64,000 nucleotides of DNA from Candidatus Multivoradales bacterium (GTDB taxonomy: Bacteria > Acidobacteriota > Thermoanaerobaculia > Multivoradales > J023). Shown one piece after another: positions 10,140 through 19,746 of the stretch. The notes beneath the pieces are model-generated. The model saw nothing but the letters and a program-made list of their open reading frames with translations, did not search any database and was not told the origin of the DNA. The position numbers and the translations under genes were made by a program. The stretch is taken from the NCBI GenBank assembly GCA_965248925.1, contig CBDFLE010000006.1, positions 672,001 through 736,000 of the forward strand. Reading direction: 5' to 3'. The number at the start of each line of letters is the position of its first letter. The stretch's first letter is position 1.

Positions 10140-10359
10140 GCTGCAGCCCGCAAGAAGTACTTGGCACGGCCGGAACTGCACGGCCGGGGCTTTTCCGAGA
10201 TTTCGTAACGCCCGCAAGGGCTAGAGAGTCGCGCCCCTGATCTGAAGGCTGCAACCGCCCTAAAAACCGTAACGGCCAGGCCAAGTCCAACCCTGGGACT
10301 CGACCTGGCCGCACCTGCTAGTCGCCGCTTACTTAGCGCCAGCGGCAAGCTGTTGGCAG

Positions 10360-13300
10360 CTAGGGCTCTTGGTAGTAGTACGCGTTGGTGCCGGAGAGGT
10401 AGAACGCGTTCGTACCTGCCGGGGCGGAACCCAACCAGCAGCCACTACCGTCGAGGATACCCTCATCGCAGCTGCCGCTACCCTGGATGTAGACGGTGTA
10501 CTGACCGCCGCCGGTGTATTGCCCGTAGTAGTCCGAACCCGTGTAGCCCGCCGGCGGTGTGGTTTCGCACAGCCGGTAGACACCCGGTATGTAGGTGACC
10601 GTCGTCCAGCCGAAAGGGCAAGCCGGTATCGGGCCGCCGAGTCTTAGCAGTCTCAGCTGAGGCTTGGCTCCTGAAGTGATAAGCGTGACTGACGCGCCAA
10701 AGGGGTTGACGACGGTGTCGACACAGCCATTGCCGTCCCACGGATAGCCCGTCGGACAGCTGGACTCAGACTCGATGTAGTAGCCGTTGTTGGCAATGAA
10801 TGGTGTCGAGCCGGCCGGTGGGCTGGTAACCACACAGTTGGCATTGTCCCACCAGGCATCGATCGTCGAACCGTCCCACCACAGCACATCGGGCAGACAG
10901 TGCAGATCGGGATTGCTGCCGCAAACGGTCAGCAAGTTCCAGGCATCGGGGCTTAGATCGAAAGACCACAGGGTCCAGTGTGGGCGGGGGTCGGGATTCC
11001 AGCCAGACCAGAAGGTCCAGTACTGCGCCCAGGCATAGAGCTCCATGTCCGCCGCCACCAGCTGTGCATCGATCTTGAAGCAGACCGTCGGCGCATCCTG
11101 GAAGAACATCTCGGCGTCGGCGTAGATTGGGAAGTTGATGCCAACGACGGTGCCATCGATACCGATTCCACCACGCACAATCAACAAGCTCAAAGTCGCG
11201 TAGCCATCGACATAGAGATTCACTCCAGGAGTCAACCCGACCTGCAGATCGTCGTTGGCGGTACACCAACCACCGTCGCGGTAAAAGTTGACGTAGAACT
11301 CGAGCGCTCCTGTAACCGTGAAGCTCAAGGTCAGCGGACCGGCGATAGGAATCGGCGGCGAGCTGATGTCGAACAGGTCGACGGACTCTTCCCACAAGGT
11401 GTTCGCCGCATCGACGGTGCAGACCTCGGTGTCGTCAATGTTGGCGATCTCGTTACCGACCAGCATGATGAAGAAACGGAAGCGGCGTTCCTGAGCACTG
11501 ATCCGCTCGGTCAGCAGCTGCACTTCGGCGATGTCGAACTGGTTGCCGAACACCTGGGCCTCAGCCCCGGCCTGAAGGTCGATCAGGTACGGCTCGTCCT
11601 CGACCAAAGCGCTGGCGCTGAAGGTGGCGCTGGCGATGTTACCGCCGAAAGTGTCGGACCAGGACCAATCGATCAGCACGTCGCGGGCGTAGCCGACATC
11701 AGTGCTGAGGCCGGCCTCGGCGCGCTCGGCGATCACCTGCTGGATGGCTTTTCGCACCGACCGGGCCGGCTCATTTGGGTAGTGCCCGAGCAGCAGTTCC
11801 TCGATCCGCGGCGATTCGATCTTGCGCATCGCGACGACCGCCGACAGACGGCTCAACATGTCCTTGGATCCGAGGTAAGGCGTCAGCAACCCGAGAGAGC
11901 TGTTGAACCCGGCGTTGCCGAGAGCGCGCATATAGAGCACCGCCTCGTCAGCGTCGGCGGCGAATCGCAACCCGGCGTTCAGATCTTCGACCAAAGCGGC
12001 AGCCCGGCGCTTCGCGCCAGCGTCGCTCAAGGCATCGGCGTAGGCGCCAAGCGCCAGCGTCGCGGCCGGCCAGCTGGCCTGCTGGTGACGGCCGGCGATG
12101 GCGGCCACCGCCGCCACCAAAGCAGGACTCGGAGCATCGAGCAGAGTGCTGAGACCGAGGATCCGCTGGGCTGTGTCGGCGTCGATCGCGCCGCCGAGCA
12201 GGTGATCGACCAACGTCGCCTGAGCGGCGACGCTGCCCTCGCTGATCAACAGCGATGCCAGCGAGCGGGCGAAGCGGCCGGTGGGCCGAAGACGCTCGAT
12301 ATGTCGGCTCAGGTGGGAGATGCCGGCGGCGTCGCCGCGCACTGCCTGGGACAGTCCGCTGAGCAGCTCCCCATGACTCGGCTGCTCGTGCAGCCGCTCC
12401 ACTAGCTCAGCGATCTGCTCGCTATTGTCCTCGTCCACCGTCGACAGGCCGATCGCCGCCGCCACCGGCAGACGAAGCATGTCGCCACGGCGCAGACCCT
12501 GGCGCAACTTTCCAGTGTCATGCCTCATCGACATCGCGGTGAGCGTCATGTTGACCGCCGCACGCACCTTGACCGTCTCGTGGTGATAGTGGGCGCTGAC
12601 CACCGGATCGGAAGCGTCGGGCTGAGCAATGATCACCAGCTCGTCGATGTTGACCTGCGAGATGACGCAGCTCTCGAGACTAAAGTTGATGCTCGACGTA
12701 TGCGTCAAGGCAATGTTCTGTGCCAACTTGCGGCCGTTTTTGCCAGCCGTGTAGTCGGCCTCGCTCTTGGTGCGCGACAGGACCACCTCGCGTTCGCCAC
12801 GGCTCACCGAGTAGTTCGCCGAATAGCTGCCTGAGATATCGCTCTCGAACACCTCGTACTGGTCGTCTGCGCGCAACGTCAGATTTAGAGCATTGACCAA
12901 TCCGCGCTTGAATGTAATGACCTCCGGAATGTCCTCGCGACCCACCGTCACGTCGACGATCTGGCCATCGCTCGCCTGAGTAAAGTAAAAGACCTGGTTG
13001 ATGGTCTCGCCGATCTCTTGCTCACCGGCCGACTCCACCGTCTTGTCCTCGACCAGCTCGGCCACCGCCACCTCGCTCAGCTGGACGGCGTAAGTGCACA
13101 GATTGTCCTGGCTGGCCACCGCAGTTAGCGACACCGTCGCCTCGCCGGTCAGGGTCGCCGAGTTGTAGCCCGAGGTGGCCACCGTCTCGACATCCGCTTC
13201 ACTGGTGAAGATAGCGTCGTAGTCGTAGATCAGGCTCTGGCCGACACGGCAAGCCAGCGCCGTCTCACCGCAGGCTACGGCGGCCTGCGCCGCCGGCAGC

Positions 13301-13389
13301 GAGCCGAGCAGCATCGAGAGCGCCAGTCCTAGTACCAGCGACACCTTTCGCAAGTGTGACCGTTGCATGATTTCCCCTTTCTCAGTCAT
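10360..13389 (-). CDS. Secreted protein with vitellogenin/MTP-like N-terminal lipid-transfer domain, HEAT-like helices and Cys-rich C-terminus
   Basis: Signal peptide; YDY, FYFTQ..DGQI, FKRGLVNAL, ESDISG..Y, YMRALGNAG; C-terminal CPTGYPWDGNGC-type units. Confidence 0.7.
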   Translation of the reverse strand: MTEKGEIMQRSHLRKVSLVLGLALSMLLGSLPAAQAAVACGETALACRVGQSLIYDYDAIFTSEADVETVATSGYNSATLTGEATVSLTAVASQDNLCTYAVQLSEVAVAELVEDKTVESAGEQEIGETINQVFYFTQASDGQIVDVTVGREDIPEVITFKRGLVNALNLTLRADDQYEVFESDISGSYSANYSVSRGEREVVLSRTKSEADYTAGKNGRKLAQNIALTHTSSINFSLESCVISQVNIDELVIIAQPDASDPVVSAHYHHETVKVRAAVNMTLTAMSMRHDTGKLRQGLRRGDMLRLPVAAAIGLSTVDEDNSEQIAELVERLHEQPSHGELLSGLSQAVRGDAAGISHLSRHIERLRPTGRFARSLASLLISEGSVAAQATLVDHLLGGAIDADTAQRILGLSTLLDAPSPALVAAVAAIAGRHQQASWPAATLALGAYADALSDAGAKRRAAALVEDLNAGLRFAADADEAVLYMRALGNAGFNSSLGLLTPYLGSKDMLSRLSAVVAMRKIESPRIEELLLGHYPNEPARSVRKAIQQVIAERAEAGLSTDVGYARDVLIDWSWSDTFGGNIASATFSASALVEDEPYLIDLQAGAEAQVFGNQFDIAEVQLLTERISAQERRFRFFIMLVGNEIANIDDTEVCTVDAANTLWEESVDLFDISSPPIPIAGPLTLSFTVTGALEFYVNFYRDGGWCTANDDLQVGLTPGVNLYVDGYATLSLLIVRGGIGIDGTVVGINFPIYADAEMFFQDAPTVCFKIDAQLVAADMELYAWAQYWTFWSGWNPDPRPHWTLWSFDLSPDAWNLLTVCGSNPDLHCLPDVLWWDGSTIDAWWDNANCVVTSPPAGSTPFIANNGYYIESESSCPTGYPWDGNGCVDTVVNPFGASVTLITSGAKPQLRLLRLGGPIPACPFGWTTVTYIPGVYRLCETTPPAGYTGSDYYGQYTGGGQYTVYIQGSGSCDEGILDGSGCWLGSAPAGTNAFYLSGTNAYYYQEP

Positions 13390-13648
13390 GACTCCTCCTT
13401 CCGACTCTCGGTCTCGAAAGTCGCGTTGGGAGTCGGCCGAGGAGTCTCAAATTGAGCACTCGCGCCGACTCTGTTTCGGTTGTCGGGGATAGATTCGCCG
13501 CCAGCTCTTGCAATCTGACAGTCGCGGCTAAAGCACCAACGCCGCGCCCGCCTGCACTCGGGCCGGGATTATCTTGGTGGCCGAGCGGAGATTTGTGACC
13601 GACGGATGAATATCCCTACACCGGCGCTCGGCGCTACAATCGAATTCG

Positions 13649-15067
13649 ATGAATACTCAACACTCCGACTTCGAGTTCCTGCAGAAGCCCGCTAGCGAGT
13701 TGCGCCGGCGGCTAGAGACCGGCGAGTTGTCGGCCAGCGAGCTGACGGCGGCCAGCTTGCGTCAGATCGACCGCGCCAACCCGCGGCTCAACGCCATCTG
13801 CACGGTCTCGGATCAAGCCCTTGACGAGGCCCGCGAACTCGACCGACAAACCGCCGCCGGCCATCCTCGCGGGCTGCTGCACGGTTTGCCGATCGGCATC
13901 AAGGACATCACCGAGACCCAGGGCCTGCGCACCACCTACGGCTCACCCCTCTACGCCGACCATGTGCCTGAGGAAGACGCTGAGGTGGTGCGCCGCCTGC
14001 GAGCCGCCGGGGCGGTGATCCTGGGCAAGACCAATGTGCCGGAGTTCGCCGCCGGCGGCAACACCTTCAACGAAGTGTTCGGCGCCACCCGCAACCCGTG
14101 GAATCCAGCCCGCAGCGCCGGCGGCTCCACCGGCGGCGGCGCGGCGGCACTGGCCAGCTGCATGGTGGCGCTGGCCGAAGGCACCGACCTCGGCGGCTCG
14201 CTGCGCATGCCGGCCTCGTTCTGCGGTGTGGTGGGCATCCGCCCGTCGGTCGGCCTGGTGCCAAATTGGCCCACTCCATTCGCCTGGGACACTCTCAGCG
14301 TGCATGGACCGATGGCCCGTACCACCGAGGATGTCGCCCTCTTGCTCGAAGTGATGGCGGGGCCCAGCCGGCGCTCGCCGCTGTCCCAACCCAATGCTGG
14401 ACGGCGCTTCGTAGAGGCCGTGCGGCAGCGCCGCGGCAGCGGCCTGCGGCTGGCCTACTGTCCTGATATCGCTGGCATCGGCATCGATTCGCAGGTCGAG
14501 AGGGTGTGCCGCTCGGCAGCCTTGGAGTTGGCTCAAAGCGGTGCGCAAATTGAGGAGATCGAACTCGATCTGTCCGCGGCCCGCGAAGCCTTCCTCGCCC
14601 TGCGCGGACTGTGGATGGTGACCCATCACCGCCAGCACTTGCAGCAGCTCGACCGGCTCGGCGCCAATATCGCCGGCAACATCCGCGCCGGGCTCGAAGT
14701 CAGCACCCACCAGCTCGCCGCGGCCGAGGCGGTCCGCGGCCAGGTGCGCGACCAATTGCGACAGCTGTTCGAGAAATTCGACCACTTGCTGACCCCAACC
14801 ATGGCGGTGCCGCCATTCACCGTCGAGCAGAACTACCCGGCCCTTGTTGGCGGTCGCGAGATGGCGACCTACGTCGATTGGTTTGCCCCCACCTTCGTGC
14901 TTAGCATCACCGGGCTGCCGGTAGCGTCGGTGCCCTGCGGCCGCGACGACGGTGGCATGCCGGTGGGCTTGCAAGTCGTCGGCCGCAGCTTTGGCGAAGA
15001 GCAAGTTCTGGCCACCGCCGGATTGGTGCAAGACGCGCACCCAATTGGCCTACCGGACCTCCCCTAG
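13649..15067 (+). CDS. Amidase signature family enzyme
   Basis: LHGLPIGIKD, GKTNVPEF, GGSTGG, GTDLGGSLR. Confidence 0.93.
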   Translation: MNTQHSDFEFLQKPASELRRRLETGELSASELTAASLRQIDRANPRLNAICTVSDQALDEARELDRQTAAGHPRGLLHGLPIGIKDITETQGLRTTYGSPLYADHVPEEDAEVVRRLRAAGAVILGKTNVPEFAAGGNTFNEVFGATRNPWNPARSAGGSTGGGAAALASCMVALAEGTDLGGSLRMPASFCGVVGIRPSVGLVPNWPTPFAWDTLSVHGPMARTTEDVALLLEVMAGPSRRSPLSQPNAGRRFVEAVRQRRGSGLRLAYCPDIAGIGIDSQVERVCRSAALELAQSGAQIEEIELDLSAAREAFLALRGLWMVTHHRQHLQQLDRLGANIAGNIRAGLEVSTHQLAAAEAVRGQVRDQLRQLFEKFDHLLTPTMAVPPFTVEQNYPALVGGREMATYVDWFAPTFVLSITGLPVASVPCGRDDGGMPVGLQVVGRSFGEEQVLATAGLVQDAHPIGLPDLP

Positions 15068-15071
15068 CACC

Positions 15072-15265
15072 TTGGGCACAGAGCAACTCAGCCAGCCGCG
15101 CCAGCTGGCCGCCATCGCCCGTTCCACAGGGTGGCTGATGGACGCCCTTCGAGCCGCCCACGAAGTGGCTGCTCCCGACTGGCACATCGGCGGCGGCGCC
15201 ATTCGCGACGCCGTGTGGGACCACCTGCACGACCTCGAACCGAGGCTGCCCCGGGATATCGACGC
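15072..15265 (+). pseudogene. N-terminal fragment of a DUF925/nucleotidyltransferase-like protein
   Basis: WLMDALRAA..PDWHIGGGAIRDAVWDHLH..PRDID; similarity ends just before the convergent regulator gene. Confidence 0.6.
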
Positions 15266-15308
15266 GGCGAGCGCATCGAGCCGGTGCTCATCACGACCCT
15301 CCGAAACC

Positions 15309-15950
15309 TCAGAGCAACCCCATCTCCAATCCCCTGAGCACCGCCCGAGTCCTATCCCTCACCCCGAGCTTCGACAGGATGCTCGAGATGTGGTTCTTCG
15401 CCGTCCCCTCGGCCAGCGCCAGCGACTCGGCGATCTCGCGGTTGCTCAGACCGCCGGCGATCAGCCGCAGCACCTCGGTCTCGCGGCCGGTCAACGGGTC
15501 GGGCGGATCGAGCCCTCCGACGTCCACCTCGAGCTTGGCGAAGCGACGCTGCACTCCCTGGGTAACCGCCGGTTGGAAGTAGGTGCCGCCGGCAGCGACC
15601 GTGCGGATCGCCCGCCTTAGCTCGTCGAGTGACACGTCCTTGAGCAGGAAGCCGCGGGCGCCAGCGCGGACGGTCTCGATCATCAGCGCTTCGTCGTCGA
15701 AGGTGGTGAGCGCCACCGTCGGCGGCAGGGCGTTCCGACGGCTCAGCTCTTCGAGAACTTCGACGCCGCTGAGCTTCGGCAGCCGCAGGTCGAGCAGCAC
15801 CGCATCGGGCCGTTCGCGACAGATCGTCTCCACCGCTTCTTCCCCGTCCACTGCCTCGGCCACCACCTCGACCTCTGGGGTCAGCCGCAGCAAGCTGAGA
15901 ATCCCCTCGCGGACCAGCGCCTGATCCTCGACCAGGCAGAGACGGATCAC
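15309..15950 (-). CDS. NarL/LuxR-type response regulator
   Basis: VEDQ, LLDLRLP, LTTF, LLKD receiver motifs; LTGRETEVL..GLSNREIA HTH. Confidence 0.94.
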   Translation of the reverse strand: MIRLCLVEDQALVREGILSLLRLTPEVEVVAEAVDGEEAVETICRERPDAVLLDLRLPKLSGVEVLEELSRRNALPPTVALTTFDDEALMIETVRAGARGFLLKDVSLDELRRAIRTVAAGGTYFQPAVTQGVQRRFAKLEVDVGGLDPPDPLTGRETEVLRLIAGGLSNREIAESLALAEGTAKNHISSILSKLGVRDRTRAVLRGLEMGLL

Positions 15951-17131
15951 GCCGAGGCCTCCCACTCCGCCCGCGCCGAGGCCGAGAGCGGCAAGCGCAG
16001 CCGCGAGCGAAAGCCCTCGCCCGGGGCCGGGTCGATCTCGAGCGTCCCGCCCAATCCCTCGATGCGCTCGCGCATCCCCGCCAGCCCACTACCGGGCACG
16101 AAGCAGGCCGCCCCCGTGCCGTCGTCTCGTGCCGAGAGTTCCAGCCAACCGTCGCGCCGCTCCAGGTCAAGCCAAAAGTTGGCGCCGCCGGAGTGGCGTA
16201 CCGCGTTGGTGATCAGCTCCTGGACCGCGCGCACCAGAGCGTTGGCCCGCGCCGGGTCTTCGATCACCAGGCGGTCAGTGGCGGTGAGATGAACGCGCGG
16301 CCTTGGGATTCCGGTCGCCAAACCCCGGAGCGAAGCGGCGACATCCACTGACCGCCGATCGCGCAAGGTGCGCACAGTGCGACGCAGATCCTCGAGGATA
16401 CGGCCGGTGATCTCGCGCGCGCGGGCCACCGGCTCCGCTGCCGCGCCGTCGCCAACGTGGGCCGCGACCTCGAGCTGGAGACTCAGCGCGGTCAGGTGAT
16501 GGCCGAGCCCATCGTGCAACTCGCGCGAGATGCGCAGCCGCTCGGCTACCCGTGAACTCTCGGCCAAGAGTTCACGAGCCGCCTCGAGCTCAGCGTTGGT
16601 ATGCGCCAACTCGCGGCGCGCCGCCGCCTCTCGCTCGGCCATGGTCACCGCCAGAAACGCGAAGAGTTGGAAACCGACGAACGCCGCGGTGACCGCCAGC
16701 CCTGGCCCCACCGCGTTCTCGCGACTGAAGATCAGGGCGAGCAGCGCCGACTGCCCGACTATCCAGGCCGAAGCCTCCGCCACGCTGAACAGGACGGCGG
16801 TCTGGGTGGCGACGATCACCAGAAGAGCGGCTTGCAGCGGATCACCGGCGGCCGCCGTGGCGGCCAGAGCGCTGATCGCCTGCACTCCGAGCAGAAGAAC
16901 GCGAGGCCATCGCGGCCCCTCGATCAAGCCCAGCCAATAGCCGGCGAAGAGAGCGGCGAGAAAGGTCAAATGCGCGCTCCCCCAGAGTGCCAGCGATGGC
17001 CCCATATTTGCGCCCGCCGCGTTCGCGAGCTGCCGATTCCAGCCGGCCAACCAGTACGGCAGGCCCACCGCGGCCCAGGTTAGTAGCGCGGCACCGAGCA
17101 TCAAGCGTCCTCTCAAGGACCGTCCTTCCAT
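15947..17131 (-). CDS. Membrane sensor histidine kinase (HisKA_3)
   Basis: Multiple TM helices; ERLRISRELHDGLGH, QELITNAVRHS, DDGTG, GSGLAGMRER. Confidence 0.93.
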   Translation of the reverse strand: MEGRSLRGRLMLGAALLTWAAVGLPYWLAGWNRQLANAAGANMGPSLALWGSAHLTFLAALFAGYWLGLIEGPRWPRVLLLGVQAISALAATAAAGDPLQAALLVIVATQTAVLFSVAEASAWIVGQSALLALIFSRENAVGPGLAVTAAFVGFQLFAFLAVTMAEREAAARRELAHTNAELEAARELLAESSRVAERLRISRELHDGLGHHLTALSLQLEVAAHVGDGAAAEPVARAREITGRILEDLRRTVRTLRDRRSVDVAASLRGLATGIPRPRVHLTATDRLVIEDPARANALVRAVQELITNAVRHSGGANFWLDLERRDGWLELSARDDGTGAACFVPGSGLAGMRERIEGLGGTLEIDPAPGEGFRSRLRLPLSASARAEWEASA

Positions 17132-17167
17132 GCCTCCAGTATGCGGCATTCCCGGTCCGAGCGGGAG

Positions 17168-17205
17168 GTGCCGAAAGTCACCCTCGAGGCGATGACTTCT
17201 GGCAC
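17168..17205. promoter_or_regulatory. Inverted repeat, candidate response-regulator operator
   Basis: GTGCCGAAAGTCA-N12-TGACTTCTGGCAC (11 of 13 complementary) between the divergent kinase and secreted-protein genes. Confidence 0.6.
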
Positions 17206-17281
17206 ATGCGCGCGGCCGGGGCGTCCCCTAGGGTGATAGAGAACCGCCGGAACACCGGCTTGAACGAAAGGAACTGACACC

Positions 17282-18796
17282 ATGCGTACTATATCTTTGT
17301 CGCGGCTGAGATCGTTGTTCCAGCCCGCCGCCTGGCTGCTCGCCGCCGGCTTCGGCTCTGCGGTGCTGCTCGCGCCACCGGTATTGACCGCCCAGCAAGG
17401 CGGACCGGACCCCGGCCCAATCGCCTCGCAGCTGCCACCCTTACCGGTCGCCAACGGCGAGGTTGAGCTACCGCTCGGCGGCGACTCGCCCTTTGCCTGG
17501 GTGGCGATCGCCGACGGTCCGGCGACCGACCATCAGGAAGGCCAGCTGAGCGTCCACTACACCATCACCACCGGCCGACCCGCCGGCGCGGGCCTGATCT
17601 TCCGCGCCGGTACCCTCGACCGTCTCGACCGTCTGCAGATCGAGATCCGCGGCAACCGCTCCACCCAGCTGGTACCTACCTTGCGCGACACCGCCGGCGG
17701 TGTCTACCGCTTCCCGGTAATTCCTGTGCAGGTGGGCAGTCCGCGTTTCCACAGCTTGCGCGTAGAAGAAATGCAACACTTCCCCGGCCAAGCCGAGGGA
17801 CCGGATCCTGGGAGCTTCGATCCCGGCGAGGCGATCCTGCTCAGCCTGATCGACATCTCCGCCTTTACCGGCGCGGTTCCTGCCGGTACTGAGATCGAGT
17901 GGACCGTGTCCAGCTTGACCGCCGTGCTCGAGAAGGAGAGCAAGAAGACGGCCGCAGCGACCCGGACCACAGCCCGCAGAATCGCGCCAACCGCTCGTGC
18001 CCGCCGGGCCCAAGCAGAGCACGCCGAAACCCGTTTCTTCGAGGTCTTCAGCGACCCGCTCGGAGACCGGCCGCTGGACCGTTCAGCAGCGCTCAACGAC
18101 CTGAGGATCGCCTTTTTCTCCAATCCATCGGACCCGCGGACCGCGCTGTTGCTCGGTCTTAACTACCTCTGGCTGGTCGCCGAAAGAGACCCCACCGATC
18201 CACGGACGATTGACTTCTTGGTCCTCGCCGAGCACTTTCTAGAGCGCGCCCAGCGGCTGGCTCCTGACGACTATCGCATCCCGAGTTGGCTGGTCCCCAC
18301 GCAGCAGGGGTTGGCCAGCATCGACGGCGACGCCGTGCGCGCCGAAGAACTCGAAGCGGCGCTCCTGGCCGCCTACGCCGAGGACCCCGACTTCCATTCT
18401 TTCTCTGTCGCCTTGGCCGGCTTCGGCTCCCCCCGTGGCTCCGAGCAGTTCAGCCGCGGCCTCCGAGCCCTGCGCAGCTCCAACACGGCTTGCCCGGATG
18501 ACGACCCAACCTGCGACAACCGACCCCGCTGGCCGCACAACCTCGAGGGTTACTTGACCTTCGCCGCCGACTACGAACTCAAGGCCGGCAACCGCGACGC
18601 CGCCCGCCGTCTGCTCCGAGAGGTGCAGGCCACCCCCGATTACCCCAGCTGGCCCTACCGCGGGGAGGTAGAGGACCGCCGCGCCAACCTCGCTCTCTAC
18701 GCCGACCTCTACGCCAACACTGACCCCACCGACGACCCACCGGCGCTGGTGATCAACAGCCGGCATTCCTGCCAAGTCTGTCACCGAGCGGAGTGA
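17282..18796 (+). CDS. Secreted two-domain protein with C-terminal CxxCH motif
   Basis: Signal peptide; beta-rich N-domain, helical C-domain; ends SCQVCHRAE. Confidence 0.75.
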   Translation: MRTISLSRLRSLFQPAAWLLAAGFGSAVLLAPPVLTAQQGGPDPGPIASQLPPLPVANGEVELPLGGDSPFAWVAIADGPATDHQEGQLSVHYTITTGRPAGAGLIFRAGTLDRLDRLQIEIRGNRSTQLVPTLRDTAGGVYRFPVIPVQVGSPRFHSLRVEEMQHFPGQAEGPDPGSFDPGEAILLSLIDISAFTGAVPAGTEIEWTVSSLTAVLEKESKKTAAATRTTARRIAPTARARRAQAEHAETRFFEVFSDPLGDRPLDRSAALNDLRIAFFSNPSDPRTALLLGLNYLWLVAERDPTDPRTIDFLVLAEHFLERAQRLAPDDYRIPSWLVPTQQGLASIDGDAVRAEELEAALLAAYAEDPDFHSFSVALAGFGSPRGSEQFSRGLRALRSSNTACPDDDPTCDNRPRWPHNLEGYLTFAADYELKAGNRDAARRLLREVQATPDYPSWPYRGEVEDRRANLALYADLYANTDPTDDPPALVINSRHSCQVCHRAE

Positions 18797-18825
18797 GGCC
18801 CACCGGCGTCATTCGTCCGTTCTCG

Positions 18826-18853
18826 CGATCACCGCCAGAAGTCGCGGTGATCG
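18826..18853. terminator. Hairpin between convergent genes
   Basis: CGATCACCGC-N8-GCGGTGATCG; no U tract. Confidence 0.4.
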
Positions 18854-18859
18854 TCGCTG

Positions 18860-19675
18860 CTACGGTGATGCACTCGCCGAGCGTTGGCGCGGCAGCTCCC
18901 TTTCACCGTAAGCAATCGCCAGAGCAACCTCAGCGGCGACCTTCAACGGATCAACCATGACGGTGGCGGCACCCGAATCACCAAGGGAGACAGAGATCTC
19001 GGTACAGCCAGCGACCACACATCGGGCACCGGCAGCATGCGGTCTATCGACCGCTTCTTCCAGCGCGTCGCGGTGTAAACGACCGGTCTCGCTGTCGCCC
19101 GCGCTGCCAAACTTGATGCCGTCGCGAACTCGGCTGCCATCGCCGAGCAAATGGCCGTAGATGGGACCCATGGTCAACGCCTCCTGCAAGTGATGGCCAT
19201 CGTCGAGGCCTTGAAGACCGACCCACTCGAGCCCAGGCGCCAGGCGCTGGGCGACCTTGGGATAAAGCCGGCTCTCCAGCATCGCGCTGACGCCGAGAAC
19301 TCCCACCCGCGCATCCTCACCGACGAGCGCCACCAGCCGAGTAACGACTTCCGCGACCATGTGCACCAAGGGTAGAGGCGAGCGTGGCTCGATGTCGTCG
19401 AAAAAGATGTGGGCCGTGTTGCATGCGATCACCGCGAAGTCGGCCACCGGATGCAGACGTTCGAGACTGCGCAGCAGTGCGGGCACCGGCGACGGGCCGC
19501 TGGCGAAGATGGCCTGAGCGAAGCTCGGCGTAGCCGGGATCGACGAGAGCAACCAGGCTGGATAGTCCTGATCTCGCGCTGTTGCGCCCATCGCTTTCAA
19601 CAGGCAGCGCTCGAACTCCAGATGAGCGTAGGGGCCGACTCCGCCAACGATGCCGAGGATTCGTTCTTGTTTCAT
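18860..19675 (-). CDS. Aspartate/glutamate racemase family protein
   Basis: LGIVGGVGP, DQD, IACNTAH, AGCTEIS (both catalytic Cys); alternative start at 19750 overlaps the hsdR stop. Confidence 0.88.
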   Translation of the reverse strand: MKQERILGIVGGVGPYAHLEFERCLLKAMGATARDQDYPAWLLSSIPATPSFAQAIFASGPSPVPALLRSLERLHPVADFAVIACNTAHIFFDDIEPRSPLPLVHMVAEVVTRLVALVGEDARVGVLGVSAMLESRLYPKVAQRLAPGLEWVGLQGLDDGHHLQEALTMGPIYGHLLGDGSRVRDGIKFGSAGDSETGRLHRDALEEAVDRPHAAGARCVVAGCTEISVSLGDSGAATVMVDPLKVAAEVALAIAYGERELPRQRSASASP

Positions 19676-19746
19676 TGTTCTGGCACGGCGTGCGCTCACC
19701 GGCTCGGCGATCGAAACCGGGCGCATGCCATGCTCCCCTACACTCT

